NCBI GenBank assembly: GCA_031425655.1
Contig: JANPJS010000054.1
Location: 1-57,781, forward strand
Source: Abditibacteriaceae bacterium
GTDB taxonomy: Bacteria > Armatimonadota > Abditibacteriia > Abditibacteriales > Abditibacteriaceae
Length of the DNA stretch: 57,781 nt
Reading direction: 5' to 3'
Under the pieces are notes generated by a model, which saw nothing but the letters and a program-made list of their open reading frames with translations, was not told where the DNA came from and searched no databases. The stretch's first letter is position 1. Every line of letters begins with the position of its first letter. A program made the position numbers and the translations under genes. Shown here piece by piece: positions 9,632-19,379 of the stretch.

Positions 9632-10912
9632 ATGCGATTTCTCTACCTCACGCCCGGCACCGGCAGCTATTATTGCGGCACTTGTATGCGCGACAACACG
9701 CTCGTGACGGCTCTGCGCGCTCTGGGCCACGACGCCACGCTCTTGCCGCTTTATATGCCGCCGAGTTTGGACGAACCCAGCGCTGCTCTGGGAACTCCGG
9801 TCATGATGGGCGGGGTCAACGCTTATCTTCAGCAGAAATCGGCGCTTTTTCGCCACACGCCGCGCTGGATTGACCAGATTTTCGATTCGCCCGCCGTGCT
9901 GGCTGCCGCTGGAAAACGGGCCGGGGCGACTTCTCCGCAAGAATTAGGCGACATCACGCTTTCGATGATGATGGGTGAAAACGGCCATCAAAAAAAGGAA
10001 ATCGAGCGTTTGGCGCAGTGGGCGCGAAGCAACACCAAGCCGGACGTGATTTGTTTGTCGAACGGGCTTTTGCTCGGCGTAGCGCATCGCCTCAAAGACG
10101 AATTCGATGTGCCGATTGTCTGCTGTTTTCAAGGCGAAGATTCGTTTATGGACGCGCTGAACGAGCCGTTCAAAGCGCAAACATGGCAGGCGATGAGCGA
10201 GCGCGCTCGTGAATGCGAAGCGCTCATCGCTATCAGCCAATATTACAGCGATGTGATGACGGGTCGCATGAATTTAACGGCGCCGATGCACGTCGTTTAC
10301 AACGGAATTAATCTCGACGGTTTTGAATCCGCGCCGCGCGCTCCCGAAAATCCGACGCTGGGCTTTTTCGCGCGCAACTGCGCCGCGAAAGGGTTGGGCC
10401 GCGTCGTCGAAGCGTTTATTTTGCTCAAACAGCGCGGCGCGATTGCAAATCTCAAACTGCGTGTGTCGGGCACGCGCGCGATGGGCGACGAAAAATATAT
10501 TGCCGCGCAGCAGGAAAAGATTCGCGCCGCCGGTTTCGAGGCCGACGCCGAATTTCTGCCGCCGCTGAGTCGCAGCGAGAAAATCGCGTTTTTGCAAAGT
10601 CTGTCGGTTCTCAGCGTGCCGACGGCTTATGCCGAAGCGTTTGGGCTGTATCTTTTGGAAGCGTGGGCGTGCGGCGTTCCCGTCGTGCAGCCGAAAAGCG
10701 GCGCTTTTCCCGAACTCATCGAGCGCACCGGCGGCGGCGTTTTGTGCGAGCCAAACAATGTCGCGTCGTTGGCCGACGGCATCGAAAACGTGCTGTCGAA
10801 CCCAGTAAAAGCGCGCGAAATGGGCGAAAACGCGCGCCAAATCGTGCAGCGCGAATTTAGCGCGCGAAAGATGGCCGAGAACTTTTTGAGCGTTGTGCAA
10901 CCGCTGCTGTGA
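9632..10912 (+). CDS. Glycosyltransferase family 4
   Basis: 'VVYNGI', 'KG', 'EAFGLYLLEAWACGVPVV'. Confidence 0.9.
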   Translation: MRFLYLTPGTGSYYCGTCMRDNTLVTALRALGHDATLLPLYMPPSLDEPSAALGTPVMMGGVNAYLQQKSALFRHTPRWIDQIFDSPAVLAAAGKRAGATSPQELGDITLSMMMGENGHQKKEIERLAQWARSNTKPDVICLSNGLLLGVAHRLKDEFDVPIVCCFQGEDSFMDALNEPFKAQTWQAMSERARECEALIAISQYYSDVMTGRMNLTAPMHVVYNGINLDGFESAPRAPENPTLGFFARNCAAKGLGRVVEAFILLKQRGAIANLKLRVSGTRAMGDEKYIAAQQEKIRAAGFEADAEFLPPLSRSEKIAFLQSLSVLSVPTAYAEAFGLYLLEAWACGVPVVQPKSGAFPELIERTGGGVLCEPNNVASLADGIENVLSNPVKAREMGENARQIVQREFSARKMAENFLSVVQPLL

Positions 10913-10915
10913 ATT

Positions 10916-11359
10916 ATGCCTTACGAGTTTAAGCACGTCCGGCGCGTGCAGTTTCGGGAAACCGATGCTGCCGGAATCGTGTATTTCGCTAATTTTTTCG
11001 GGTGGATGGAAGAAGCGGAACACGCCTTTTTCCGGTCGCTCGGCACCTCGGTTCACGAAGGCACGCCGGGCGCTGTCGGCTGGCCGCGTGTGAGTGCGCG
11101 CTGCGATTACAAAGCGCCGCTGCGTTTCGAGGACGAGGCGGAAATTCATCTTTTGGTCAAGGAAAAGCGCGCTAAATCGCTGAGTTATCTGTTTATCATT
11201 CGCAAAATCGAAGGTGAAGCGCGGCCCGAAGTCGCGCGCGGCGAAATCACCGCCGTTTGCATCGCGTGGGACGAAATGACCGGGCAAATGAAAGCCACGG
11301 CGATTCCCGATTCGATAGCTTCGCAAATTGAAGTCGCGCCGCGCGAACTTCTCGATTAA
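10916..11359 (+). CDS. Acyl-CoA thioesterase (4HBT/YbgC hot-dog fold)
   Basis: 'ETDAAGIVYFANFF', 'CDYKAPLRFED'. Confidence 0.88.
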   Translation: MPYEFKHVRRVQFRETDAAGIVYFANFFGWMEEAEHAFFRSLGTSVHEGTPGAVGWPRVSARCDYKAPLRFEDEAEIHLLVKEKRAKSLSYLFIIRKIEGEARPEVARGEITAVCIAWDEMTGQMKATAIPDSIASQIEVAPRELLD

Positions 11360-11369
11360 ATTCTTCATC

Positions 11370-11927
11370 ATGCAACCAGAATCCAATCAATCCGGCACGA
11401 CGTGGCTCTTGTTTTCGCTGCTCACCGTTTTTTCGTGGGGCTTTTACGGCGTGCTGCTGCACAAAGGCCAACTGGCGATGGGCGATCCGATTAACGGGCG
11501 TTACAAAGCCTTTTTGTTCGTCGGCATCGCGTATTTTTTGACGGCGGTTTTAGCGCCGCTCGTTGTGCTGCTGATAAACGGCGCCAGTTGGAAAATGCCC
11601 GCGACGGGCATGACGTGGTCGCTGATTGCCGGCATCGTGGGCGCGATTGGCGCCTTCGGCGTGCTGCTGGCGTTTGGCGCCAAAGGCAATCCCGCCGTCG
11701 TGATGGCGATTATTTTTGCCGGTGCGCCGGTCGTCAATTCGATTGTCGCCATGACGGTTAGTCCGCCCAAAGGCGGTCTGGCCGGTATTCCTGCGCCGTT
11801 TTTCATCGGCATTTTGCTGGCCGCGTTGGGCGGATTTCTGGTGACGCGCTATCGTCCGGCGCCCGCCGTCGCGCACGCGCCAACGCAGGTTTCTGTCGCC
11901 GCGCCGCTCGATGAAGGCGCGCGATGA
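11370..11927 (+). CDS. Membrane protein (EamA/DMT-like, about 5 TM)
   Basis: Hydrophobic helices, 'WGFYG' motif. Confidence 0.6.
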   Translation: MQPESNQSGTTWLLFSLLTVFSWGFYGVLLHKGQLAMGDPINGRYKAFLFVGIAYFLTAVLAPLVVLLINGASWKMPATGMTWSLIAGIVGAIGAFGVLLAFGAKGNPAVVMAIIFAGAPVVNSIVAMTVSPPKGGLAGIPAPFFIGILLAALGGFLVTRYRPAPAVAHAPTQVSVAAPLDEGAR

Positions 11928-13183
11928 GCGAATTCGCCGTGCGCGAAGCTATCGAGACAGCGCAGTTGCAAAATTTGCGCGGTTTATTATCGGCGATTCT
12001 GCCCGCGAACCGCTTTTATGCGCGCAAAATCGGCGATTCGTTAGCGATAGATTCACTCGAAGATTTTGCAACGCGCGTGCCGTTTACGACTAAGCAAGAA
12101 TTAGTGGACGATCAGCGCGAAAATCCGCCTTACGGCACCGATTTGACGTTCGACCTCGCCCGCTATACGCGATTTAACCAGACCAGCGCCACAACCGGCA
12201 CGCCGTTGCGTTGGCTCGATACGCCGCAAAGTTGGAGTGCGCTGCTTGATTGCTGGGACGCAGTTTTCGAGGCTGCGAATGTGCAAACACACGAGCGCGT
12301 GTTTTTCGCGTTTTCGTTTGGCCCGTTTCTCGGTTTCTGGACGGCTTTTGAAAGCGCAGCGCGGCGCGGCAATTTGTGCCTTCCCGGTGGCGGATTGTCG
12401 AGCGAAGGACGCTTGCGCGCTATCTGGGAAAACTGCGCGACGGCGCTGTGTTGCACACCGACTTACGCAATTCGTTTGGGCGAAGCCGCGCGCGATGCCA
12501 AGTTGCAAAACTCGCCGCTGCGAACCGTTATCGTGGCCGGCGAGCCGGGCGGCAGCATTCCCGGCGTGCGCTCGCATATCGAAAATTTGTGGCCCGGCGC
12601 GCGGGTTTTCGACCATCACGGCATGACCGAAGTTGGCCCCGTTACTTATGAATGTCCGTTGCAGCCCGGCGTGTTGCACATTATTGAAAGCGCGTATTTC
12701 CCCGAAATTATTCATCCGCAAAGCAATGCAAACGTGTTGCAAGGCGAAAGCGGCGAGTTAATTCTTACCAATTTGAAGCGCACCGGATCGCCGCTTTTGC
12801 GTTATCGCACCGGCGATTTGGTCAAGCGCGGCGCGGCAATTTGCCAATGCGGACGCAGCGATATGACGCTCGAAGGCGGCATTTTAGGCCGTATTGACGA
12901 CATGATTATCGTGCGCGGCGTCAATGTTTTTCCGGGCGCCGTCGAAGAAATCGTGCGCTCTTTTCCTGAAGTTTCGGAATATCGCGTCGAAGTGGACACG
13001 CGCGGCGCGTTGCCCGAACTGCGGTTGCAAATCGAAGCGGCCGAAACCGTCGCGCGGCGTCTCGAAGACGCTTTGCGCGCCGCGCTTTCTCTGCGGATTC
13101 CCGTCGAATGTGTGCCGCAAAACTCGCTGCCGCGCTTTGAAATGAAAGCCAAACGGTGGGTCAAACGAGGGGTTGGGGGTTAG
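11924..13183 (+). CDS. Phenylacetate-CoA ligase (PaaK)-family AMP-forming enzyme
   Basis: 'TSATTG.P', 'TPTY', 'HGMTE', 'RYRTGDL', 'GRIDDMIIVRGVNVFP'. Confidence 0.88.
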   Translation: MSEFAVREAIETAQLQNLRGLLSAILPANRFYARKIGDSLAIDSLEDFATRVPFTTKQELVDDQRENPPYGTDLTFDLARYTRFNQTSATTGTPLRWLDTPQSWSALLDCWDAVFEAANVQTHERVFFAFSFGPFLGFWTAFESAARRGNLCLPGGGLSSEGRLRAIWENCATALCCTPTYAIRLGEAARDAKLQNSPLRTVIVAGEPGGSIPGVRSHIENLWPGARVFDHHGMTEVGPVTYECPLQPGVLHIIESAYFPEIIHPQSNANVLQGESGELILTNLKRTGSPLLRYRTGDLVKRGAAICQCGRSDMTLEGGILGRIDDMIIVRGVNVFPGAVEEIVRSFPEVSEYRVEVDTRGALPELRLQIEAAETVARRLEDALRAALSLRIPVECVPQNSLPRFEMKAKRWVKRGVGG

Positions 13184-13255
13184 GGGCTGGGGACTGGCTC
13201 CAGAACCCAGTCCCCAGTCCCCAGTCCCCAATCCCCAGCCTCCAGTCCCCAAACC
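13169..13255. repeat. Inverted heptamer tandem repeats (empty bracket)
   Basis: GGGG(C/T)TG-type x4 then CAGTCCC-type x7; overlaps the upstream stop codon. Confidence 0.8.
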
Positions 13256-13933
13256 ATGCTTGAAATTTCCAATATCTCGAAATCGTATGACGGCGACCCG
13301 GTTTTGCGCGACGTGAGTTTGCGTTTGGACGCCGGAGCCGCGTGTGCCATCACCGGGCCGTCGGGCTGCGGCAAAAGCACGCTGCTTAATCTCATCGGCG
13401 CGTTGGATAAGCCGGATTCCGGCACCGTGTTGTTGGATGGAAAAGACCTTTCGCTGATGAGCGAAAACGACTTGGCGCAGGTGCGGAATCAGTCGCTTGG
13501 ATTCGTGTTTCAACTGCATCATTTGCTGCCGCAATGCACGGCGCTGGAAAACGTGCTGCTGCCGGTCTTGGCGAATGGAAAAGTCACGCCCGAACACGAA
13601 AAACGCGCGCGGCGACTGCTTGGCCGCGTCGGTTTGGAAGCGCGCATCAATCACTTTCCCGGCCAGCTTTCGGGCGGCGAACGGCAGCGCGTGGCTGTGG
13701 TGCGGGCGCTGATTAATCAGCCGAAATTGCTGCTCGCCGACGAGCCGACAGGCGCTCTCGATGGCGCGTCGGCGGAAAATCTCGCGCAGCTTTTGCTCGA
13801 ATTGAACCGCGAAGAAGGTGTGGCTTTGATCGTCGTGACGCACGCGCCTGATCTTGCGGCACAGTTGCCTTTGCGCTTTGAATTGAATCGCGGCGTGCTG
13901 CAAACGGCGCGCGAGACGGCGAAATCGGTATGA
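13256..13933 (+). CDS. ABC transporter ATP-binding protein (LolD/MacB-like)
   Basis: Walker A 'GPSGCGKS', 'LSGGE', 'ADEPTGALD', 'VTH'. Confidence 0.93.
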   Translation: MLEISNISKSYDGDPVLRDVSLRLDAGAACAITGPSGCGKSTLLNLIGALDKPDSGTVLLDGKDLSLMSENDLAQVRNQSLGFVFQLHHLLPQCTALENVLLPVLANGKVTPEHEKRARRLLGRVGLEARINHFPGQLSGGERQRVAVVRALINQPKLLLADEPTGALDGASAENLAQLLLELNREEGVALIVVTHAPDLAAQLPLRFELNRGVLQTARETAKSV

Positions 13934-16900
13934 ATATCTGGCGTTTGGCCACGCGCGGGCTGTGGTTTCACCGGCGCACGCACGCAGCCGTGATTTTGGG
14001 CGTGGCGGTGGCTGCCGCGATTTTGTGTGGCGCATTGGCCGTCGGCGACAGCGTGCGTTTTAGCCTGCGGCAAATGGCAAATGCGCGACTGGGCCAAATT
14101 GAATTGGCCCTTGCGCCGCACGACCGCTTATTTCGCGCGAAATTGGCAGGCGAAATTGGGCAGGAACTCAAAGCTGCTGCTGCGCCCGTTCTGCTTTTGC
14201 GTGGCACCGCGACGACGGACAACAGCGAACGCCGCGCGAATCGCGTGCAGGTTTGCGGCGTAGACAACGAGTTTTGGAAACTCGGCGACTTGGCGGGCGT
14301 GGCTCCGAGTGGTCTTGTGCTCAACGAACAGCTTGCGCGTCAGCTTGCGGTAAAAATCGGCGATGAAATCGTGCTGCGCGTCGAAAAACCGGCGCTTTTG
14401 GGACGCGATGCGCCGCTTTCCAAAGATCAGGATTCGCTGGCCGCGCTGCGTTTGCCCATCGCGCGCATTTTGCCCGATTCGACTATCGGTCGCTTTAGTC
14501 TTCAGGCCAACCAAGTGCCGCCTTATAATGCGTTCGTGCCGCTCGAAGTGCTGCAAAACGCCGTCGAACAGCCAAAACGCGCCAACCAAATTTTAGTTGG
14601 CGGACGCGCTTTGCTCGATGTGAAAAGCGCTGAAACCGCGTTGGCGAAGCGTTTTCAATTAACTGACAGCGGCGCTTATTGGCGCGCCATTCCGGGGCAA
14701 AATACGCTGGAATTGCGCTCGGCGCGCGTGTTTCTCGACCCGGCTTTAGCGTCGGCTGCGATGAAGCAAGCGGAGGCGCGTCCGGTTCTCACTTACTTCG
14801 CCAACGCGATTCAAATTGGCACGCGCCGGGTTCCGTATTCGATGGTCGCCGGGGTTCAAGGTGCGCCGCTGCCGTCCGGCATGGCGCCGGATGAAATTGT
14901 TTTGAACGCCTGGGCCGCGCAGGATTTGCGAGCCAAAATCGGCGATTCCGTCGCGTTGCGCTACTTTGTGATGGGGCCGGGCCGTCGCCTTGAAGAAAAA
15001 ACCGCGAAATTTCGATTGCGCGCTATTGTGCCGATTTCCGGCGCCGCGCGCGACCCGAATTTGATGCCGGATTTCCCCGGCATGGCCGAAGCCGAAAACT
15101 GCCGCGATTGGGAATCGGGCATGGACGTGGATTTCACGAAAATCCGCCCGCAGGACGAAAAATATTGGGACGCTCATCGCGGCACGCCCAAAGCCTTTCT
15201 GAGTATCGAAACGGCGCGAAAGCTGTTCAAAAACCGCTTCGGCGATTTGACGGCGGTTCGCTATCCGCTCGCGGCTAATCGCGCCAATCTTGAAGCTACG
15301 ATTTTGCAAAGCGCCAGCCCGTCGCAGTTGGGATTATCGTTCGTTTCGGTGCGCGCTCAGGCGCAGGCGGCGGGCACACAAGGCATGGATTTCGGCGGGC
15401 TGTTTTTGGCGCTCAGCTTTTTTCTCATCGTTTCGGCGCTGTTATTAGTGGCGCTGCTTTTTGCGTTGGGCGTTGAAAATCGTGGACGCGAAATCGGCAC
15501 GCTGCTGGCCATTGGCTTTACACCGCAGCGCGTGCGGCGACTGCTCTTGTGCGAAGGCGCCTTGCTCGCCGCTTTGGGAATGCTGCCCGGCGCCCTGCTC
15601 GGATTGCTCTACACGCAAATCGTTTTGCGCGGCCTCAATTCCATCTGGCAGGGCGCGGTCGGCGCGGCGCAGTTGCAGTTTCACGTCGAACCGTCTTCGC
15701 TCGTTGGCGGCATGGCGGGCGGCGCGATTATGGCGCTGGGCGCGATATTTTTGGTGGTGCGAAAGCAAGTAAAAACTCCCGCGCGCGTGCTGCTCAGCGG
15801 CGCGCCAGCCGCGCCAGAAACGGTTTTTTCGGCAAATGGCGCGAAATCGGTGCGCGGATCGGGCCGGCTTTTCATGGTTGCGCTTGCCATGTTCGCGGCG
15901 GCTGTGCTGCTTCTTTTGCGCTCGGCAACGCTGCCTGCGAACCAACAGCCGTCGCTGTTTTTTGGCGCGGCGGCACTGCTGCTCGGTGCCTTGCTTTTAA
16001 GTTGTTCCGTCGCGTTGCAAGAATCGCCGAAAAGCGGTGCGATGAGCCTGCTTTCGCTGGCCGGGCGCGGTTTGCGGCGACGGCGCGGGCGCAGTTTAGC
16101 GGTTGTCGCGCTTTTGGCGTGCGCCAGTTTTCTTATCGCGGCTATCGGCGTTTTTCGCCACGATCCGCTTAGCGACGACACGCTGCGCCGGCGCGATTCG
16201 GGGACGGGTGGTTTCGCTTTTTGGGCCGAAAGCGCGGTGCCGCTTTATCAGGATTTGAACGATGCCAAAGGCCGCGAAAAGCTGGGCTTGGAAAGCGTGA
16301 CGGCTTCGTTTGTGCCGCTGCGTGTGCGCGAAGGCGACGACGCCAGTTGTCTTAATCTCAATCGCGCGCAAACGCCGACGTTGTGGGGCGTCAATCCGGC
16401 GCAGTTGCAAACGCGCGGCGCGTTTTCGATTATCAAAGGACAGAATTGGAGCGCTCTTTCCGCCGTGAAAAGCGATGCAATTGCGGCCATCGGCGACGAA
16501 AATACGGTGATGTGGGGCTTGGGAAAAGGCATCGGCGACACGCTCGATTATGTGGACGAAAGCGGCCAGCCGTTTCGCGTTCGGATTGTCGGCCTTGTTA
16601 ATAAGACCATTTTGCAAGGCGGTTTAATTATCGCGGAAGACAATTTCGTGCGACTTTTCCCCTCGGCGAGCGGCTATCGCGCGTTTTTGGTTGATGTGCC
16701 GGCCTCAAAAAACGCCGTGCGCGCGGGCGAAGAAATGACGCTCGCGTTGCAGGATTTCGGTTTGGAAGTTGTGCCTGCCGCGCGGCGATTGGCCTTGTTT
16801 CAGGCTGTCGAAAACACTTACCTCGCGGTGTTTCAAGCGTTGGGCGCACTGGGATTGCTGCTGGGCAGCATCGGCTTGGGCGTTGTGGTTTTGCGGAATG

Positions 16901-17190
16901 TGCTTGAACGGCGAGGTGAACTTGCTGTGCTGACCGCCGTCGGTTTTCGAGCCGCAACGCTGAGGCGCTTGATCTTTGTCGAACACGCATTATTGGCCGC
17001 ACTGGGTTTGGGTTTTGGTGCTGTGTCCGGCGCTTTGGCGGCTTTGCCATCGTTGCACTCGCAAAATGCACCGTTCGGCACTTTGCTTTTGACTTTTGGC
17101 GGCATCGCGCTCTCGGCGCTGCTTTGGACAGCATTAGCCGCCAGCCTCGCGTTGCGCGGCGCGACTTTGGAAACTTTGCGAAACGAGTGA
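13930..17190 (+). CDS. ABC transporter permease, duplicated FtsX/MacB-like
   Basis: Two 'R..E.G.L.A.GF' FtsX motifs and two large periplasmic domains. Confidence 0.88.
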   Translation: MNIWRLATRGLWFHRRTHAAVILGVAVAAAILCGALAVGDSVRFSLRQMANARLGQIELALAPHDRLFRAKLAGEIGQELKAAAAPVLLLRGTATTDNSERRANRVQVCGVDNEFWKLGDLAGVAPSGLVLNEQLARQLAVKIGDEIVLRVEKPALLGRDAPLSKDQDSLAALRLPIARILPDSTIGRFSLQANQVPPYNAFVPLEVLQNAVEQPKRANQILVGGRALLDVKSAETALAKRFQLTDSGAYWRAIPGQNTLELRSARVFLDPALASAAMKQAEARPVLTYFANAIQIGTRRVPYSMVAGVQGAPLPSGMAPDEIVLNAWAAQDLRAKIGDSVALRYFVMGPGRRLEEKTAKFRLRAIVPISGAARDPNLMPDFPGMAEAENCRDWESGMDVDFTKIRPQDEKYWDAHRGTPKAFLSIETARKLFKNRFGDLTAVRYPLAANRANLEATILQSASPSQLGLSFVSVRAQAQAAGTQGMDFGGLFLALSFFLIVSALLLVALLFALGVENRGREIGTLLAIGFTPQRVRRLLLCEGALLAALGMLPGALLGLLYTQIVLRGLNSIWQGAVGAAQLQFHVEPSSLVGGMAGGAIMALGAIFLVVRKQVKTPARVLLSGAPAAPETVFSANGAKSVRGSGRLFMVALAMFAAAVLLLLRSATLPANQQPSLFFGAAALLLGALLLSCSVALQESPKSGAMSLLSLAGRGLRRRRGRSLAVVALLACASFLIAAIGVFRHDPLSDDTLRRRDSGTGGFAFWAESAVPLYQDLNDAKGREKLGLESVTASFVPLRVREGDDASCLNLNRAQTPTLWGVNPAQLQTRGAFSIIKGQNWSALSAVKSDAIAAIGDENTVMWGLGKGIGDTLDYVDESGQPFRVRIVGLVNKTILQGGLIIAEDNFVRLFPSASGYRAFLVDVPASKNAVRAGEEMTLALQDFGLEVVPAARRLALFQAVENTYLAVFQALGALGLLLGSIGLGVVVLRNVLERRGELAVLTAVGFRAATLRRLIFVEHALLAALGLGFGAVSGALAALPSLHSQNAPFGTLLLTFGGIALSALLWTALAASLALRGATLETLRNE

Positions 17191-17194
17191 ACAC

Positions 17195-17962
17195 ATGAAA
17201 ACCCCATTTTTACTGCTTTGCCCTCTTGCGTTAGCTGTTTTTGCCGCCAATGCCAAGACTCCGGCCCCGAAAAAACCGGTGAAATCTGCGCCTAAAACGG
17301 CATCGAAAACGGCGCTCAAACCGGCGCCGAAAGCCACGCCAAAACCCACGACCAAACCCGTGCCGAAGGCCGCGCCAACTCCGGTGGGGCCGCTTTACCA
17401 GAACGATCTGGAAAAGCTGGCTGTTGGCAAACTGCCGTCGGAATACATGGTTCTCAGCGGCGAATTCGCGCTGGTCAAGGACGAAAACAACACCGTTCTC
17501 GAACTGCCCGGCGAACCTGTGGACGCCTTCGGCTTGCTATTCGGCCCGTCGCTGAAGGTCGGCAACATGGTGAAAGCGCGCGTGTTCGGCACCTCAAAGG
17601 GCCGACGCACACCGGCCTTCGGCGTGGGAATGTTCGGCGTGGCCGGGTTCAAATTGCGGGTCACGGCGGCAGCGAAACAACTGGAAGTTCTCAAAGATGA
17701 GGAAGTCAAGGCCACGCTTCCTTACGACTGGAAAAGCGGCGCCTGGACGTGGCTGCGTTTGCAAACGCGGCCTATCGAAGGCGGCAAATGGAAAGTCGAA
17801 GGCCGCGCCTGGCCCGACGGCACGCCGGAGCCGGACAAATGGATGATCGAATGGACGGACAGCGAAGCGCCGTCGTCGGGCCGCGCCTCGATTTTGGCCA
17901 TGCCATATTCGGGCACAGCACTGCGTTTCGACGACCTTTTAGTGGACAAACCGCTGCCGTGA
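17195..17962 (+). CDS. Secreted hypothetical protein (K/P/A-rich linker plus beta-rich domain)
   Basis: Signal peptide, low-complexity linker, Trp-rich beta domain. Confidence 0.7.
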   Translation: MKTPFLLLCPLALAVFAANAKTPAPKKPVKSAPKTASKTALKPAPKATPKPTTKPVPKAAPTPVGPLYQNDLEKLAVGKLPSEYMVLSGEFALVKDENNTVLELPGEPVDAFGLLFGPSLKVGNMVKARVFGTSKGRRTPAFGVGMFGVAGFKLRVTAAAKQLEVLKDEEVKATLPYDWKSGAWTWLRLQTRPIEGGKWKVEGRAWPDGTPEPDKWMIEWTDSEAPSSGRASILAMPYSGTALRFDDLLVDKPLP

Positions 17963-18007
17963 TGTCAAAAATCCGTTCGCGATAGGTTATGCTTAAAGGC
18001 AGAAAAT

Positions 18008-18037
18008 CTAAGAAGCTGTCTGACAACAGCTTCTTAG
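18008..18037. repeat. Collapsed TIR-only copy of the GAAGCTGTC MITE
   Basis: CTAAGAAGCTGT-ctgaca-ACAGCTTCTTAG; same termini as 53249-53452 and 55995-56212. Confidence 0.6.
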
Positions 18038-18047
18038 CGAAATCTCC

Positions 18048-18929
18048 ATGCAAATCATCGAATCTCCACGCGAAATGCACTCGCTTTGCGCGCAATGGCG
18101 TTGCGAGAATCAGAGCATCGGTTTTGTGCCCACGATGGGCGCTTTGCACGATGGACACCTCGAATTATGCCGCCGCGCGCGGCGTGAGCAGGACAAATTC
18201 GTGGCCTCGATTTTCGTCAATCCGCTGCAATTTGGCGCCGGCGAGGACTTGGCGAAATATCCGCGCCCTTTCGAGCGCGACCTCGAACTTTTAGAAAAAT
18301 CCGGCTGTGACGCGATTTTCGCGCCTTCCGAAGATATTATGTATGGCGCGGCGCAGCTTACGCATGGCCATGCGCCGCCCGGCGTGCCGACGACGTTTGT
18401 TGAAGTTTCGGTGTTGGGCGAAATTTGGGAAGGCGTGGCGCGGCCCGGACATTTGCGCGGCGTGGCAACCGTCGTCGCCAAGCTGTTCAACATCGTGGGG
18501 CCGACAGCGGCGTATTTCGGCGAGAAAGATTATCAGCAACTCAAACTCATCGAACACATGGCGCGCGATTTGAATTTCTTCATTGAAGTCGTGCCCGTCC
18601 CAACGGTGCGCGAAACCGACGGATTGGCGCTCAGCAGCCGCAACGCTTATTTGACTTCCGCAGAACGCGCCGCCGCGCCCGCTTTGTTTCGCGCGCTGAA
18701 CTGCGCCGCGAAAAAGGCGAAAGCAGGCGAGCGCGACATAACAGTTTTGGGTCAGGTGATGCAGCGAATCTGCGAAGCCGAGCCGCTGATTTCGGTCCAA
18801 TATATTACAGTTGTAGATGCCGAAACACTGGCGCCTCTGCATCACTTAGATGGCACACCGGCCCGCGCACTTATCGCCGCCCGCGTCGGCAAAACGCGGT
18901 TGATTGATAACTTGATGCTTGATGCTTGA
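18048..18929 (+). CDS. panC: Pantoate--beta-alanine ligase
   Basis: 'FVPTMGALHDGH', 'SIFVNPLQF', 'FGEKDYQQ', 'GLALSSRN', 'RLIDN'. Confidence 0.97.
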   Translation: MQIIESPREMHSLCAQWRCENQSIGFVPTMGALHDGHLELCRRARREQDKFVASIFVNPLQFGAGEDLAKYPRPFERDLELLEKSGCDAIFAPSEDIMYGAAQLTHGHAPPGVPTTFVEVSVLGEIWEGVARPGHLRGVATVVAKLFNIVGPTAAYFGEKDYQQLKLIEHMARDLNFFIEVVPVPTVRETDGLALSSRNAYLTSAERAAAPALFRALNCAAKKAKAGERDITVLGQVMQRICEAEPLISVQYITVVDAETLAPLHHLDGTPARALIAARVGKTRLIDNLMLDA

Positions 18930-19371
18930 TTCTGGATGTCCGATGCTGGGGTTGGCATGAATGGATACAAAGATTTAGAAATCTATCGTTTGGCTCATGC
19001 ACTTGGGGTTGGGGTGCATCCTTTTTCGTTGACTTTGCCGCGTCACGAGATGTATGAAAGCGGTAGCCAGATGCGGAGATCAGCCAAGTCCATTGCGGCT
19101 AACATTGTAGAAGGTTATGGAAGGCGAGTTTACAAGGCGGATTTTGAGAAGTTTTTGATTTATGCGCTGGCGTCCTGTGATGAAACTACCGAATGGTTGG
19201 AATTTGCTCGCGATTGCCATCCGCCTCATCAAGCCGAAGCCGAGGCTCTATTAGTTCACGCCGACGAATTGGGTCGCAAACTCAACAAGTTTCTCACTTC
19301 AGTTCGCATAAATCATCGCTCCCAGAAGTAGCCATCGAGCATCGAGCATCAAGCATCGAATATCCAGCATC
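18914..19371. repeat. Inverted heptamer tandem repeats bracketing the four-helix-bundle gene
   Basis: GATGCTT-type x5 at 18914-18948; GAGCATC-type x6 at 19330-19371. Confidence 0.85.
18957..19331 (+). CDS. Four-helix-bundle protein (23S rRNA IVP-like family)
   Basis: 'YKDLEIY', 'SQMRRSAKSIAANIVEG', 'ALASCDET'; alternative start 18936. Confidence 0.9.
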   Translation: MNGYKDLEIYRLAHALGVGVHPFSLTLPRHEMYESGSQMRRSAKSIAANIVEGYGRRVYKADFEKFLIYALASCDETTEWLEFARDCHPPHQAEAEALLVHADELGRKLNKFLTSVRINHRSQK

Positions 19372-19379
19372 CAGCCCTC

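Noticed and set aside
18957..19331. Diversity-generating retroelement suggested by the Avd-like four-helix protein
   Set aside because: No reverse transcriptase and no TR/VR pair with adenine-specific mismatches were seen in the window.
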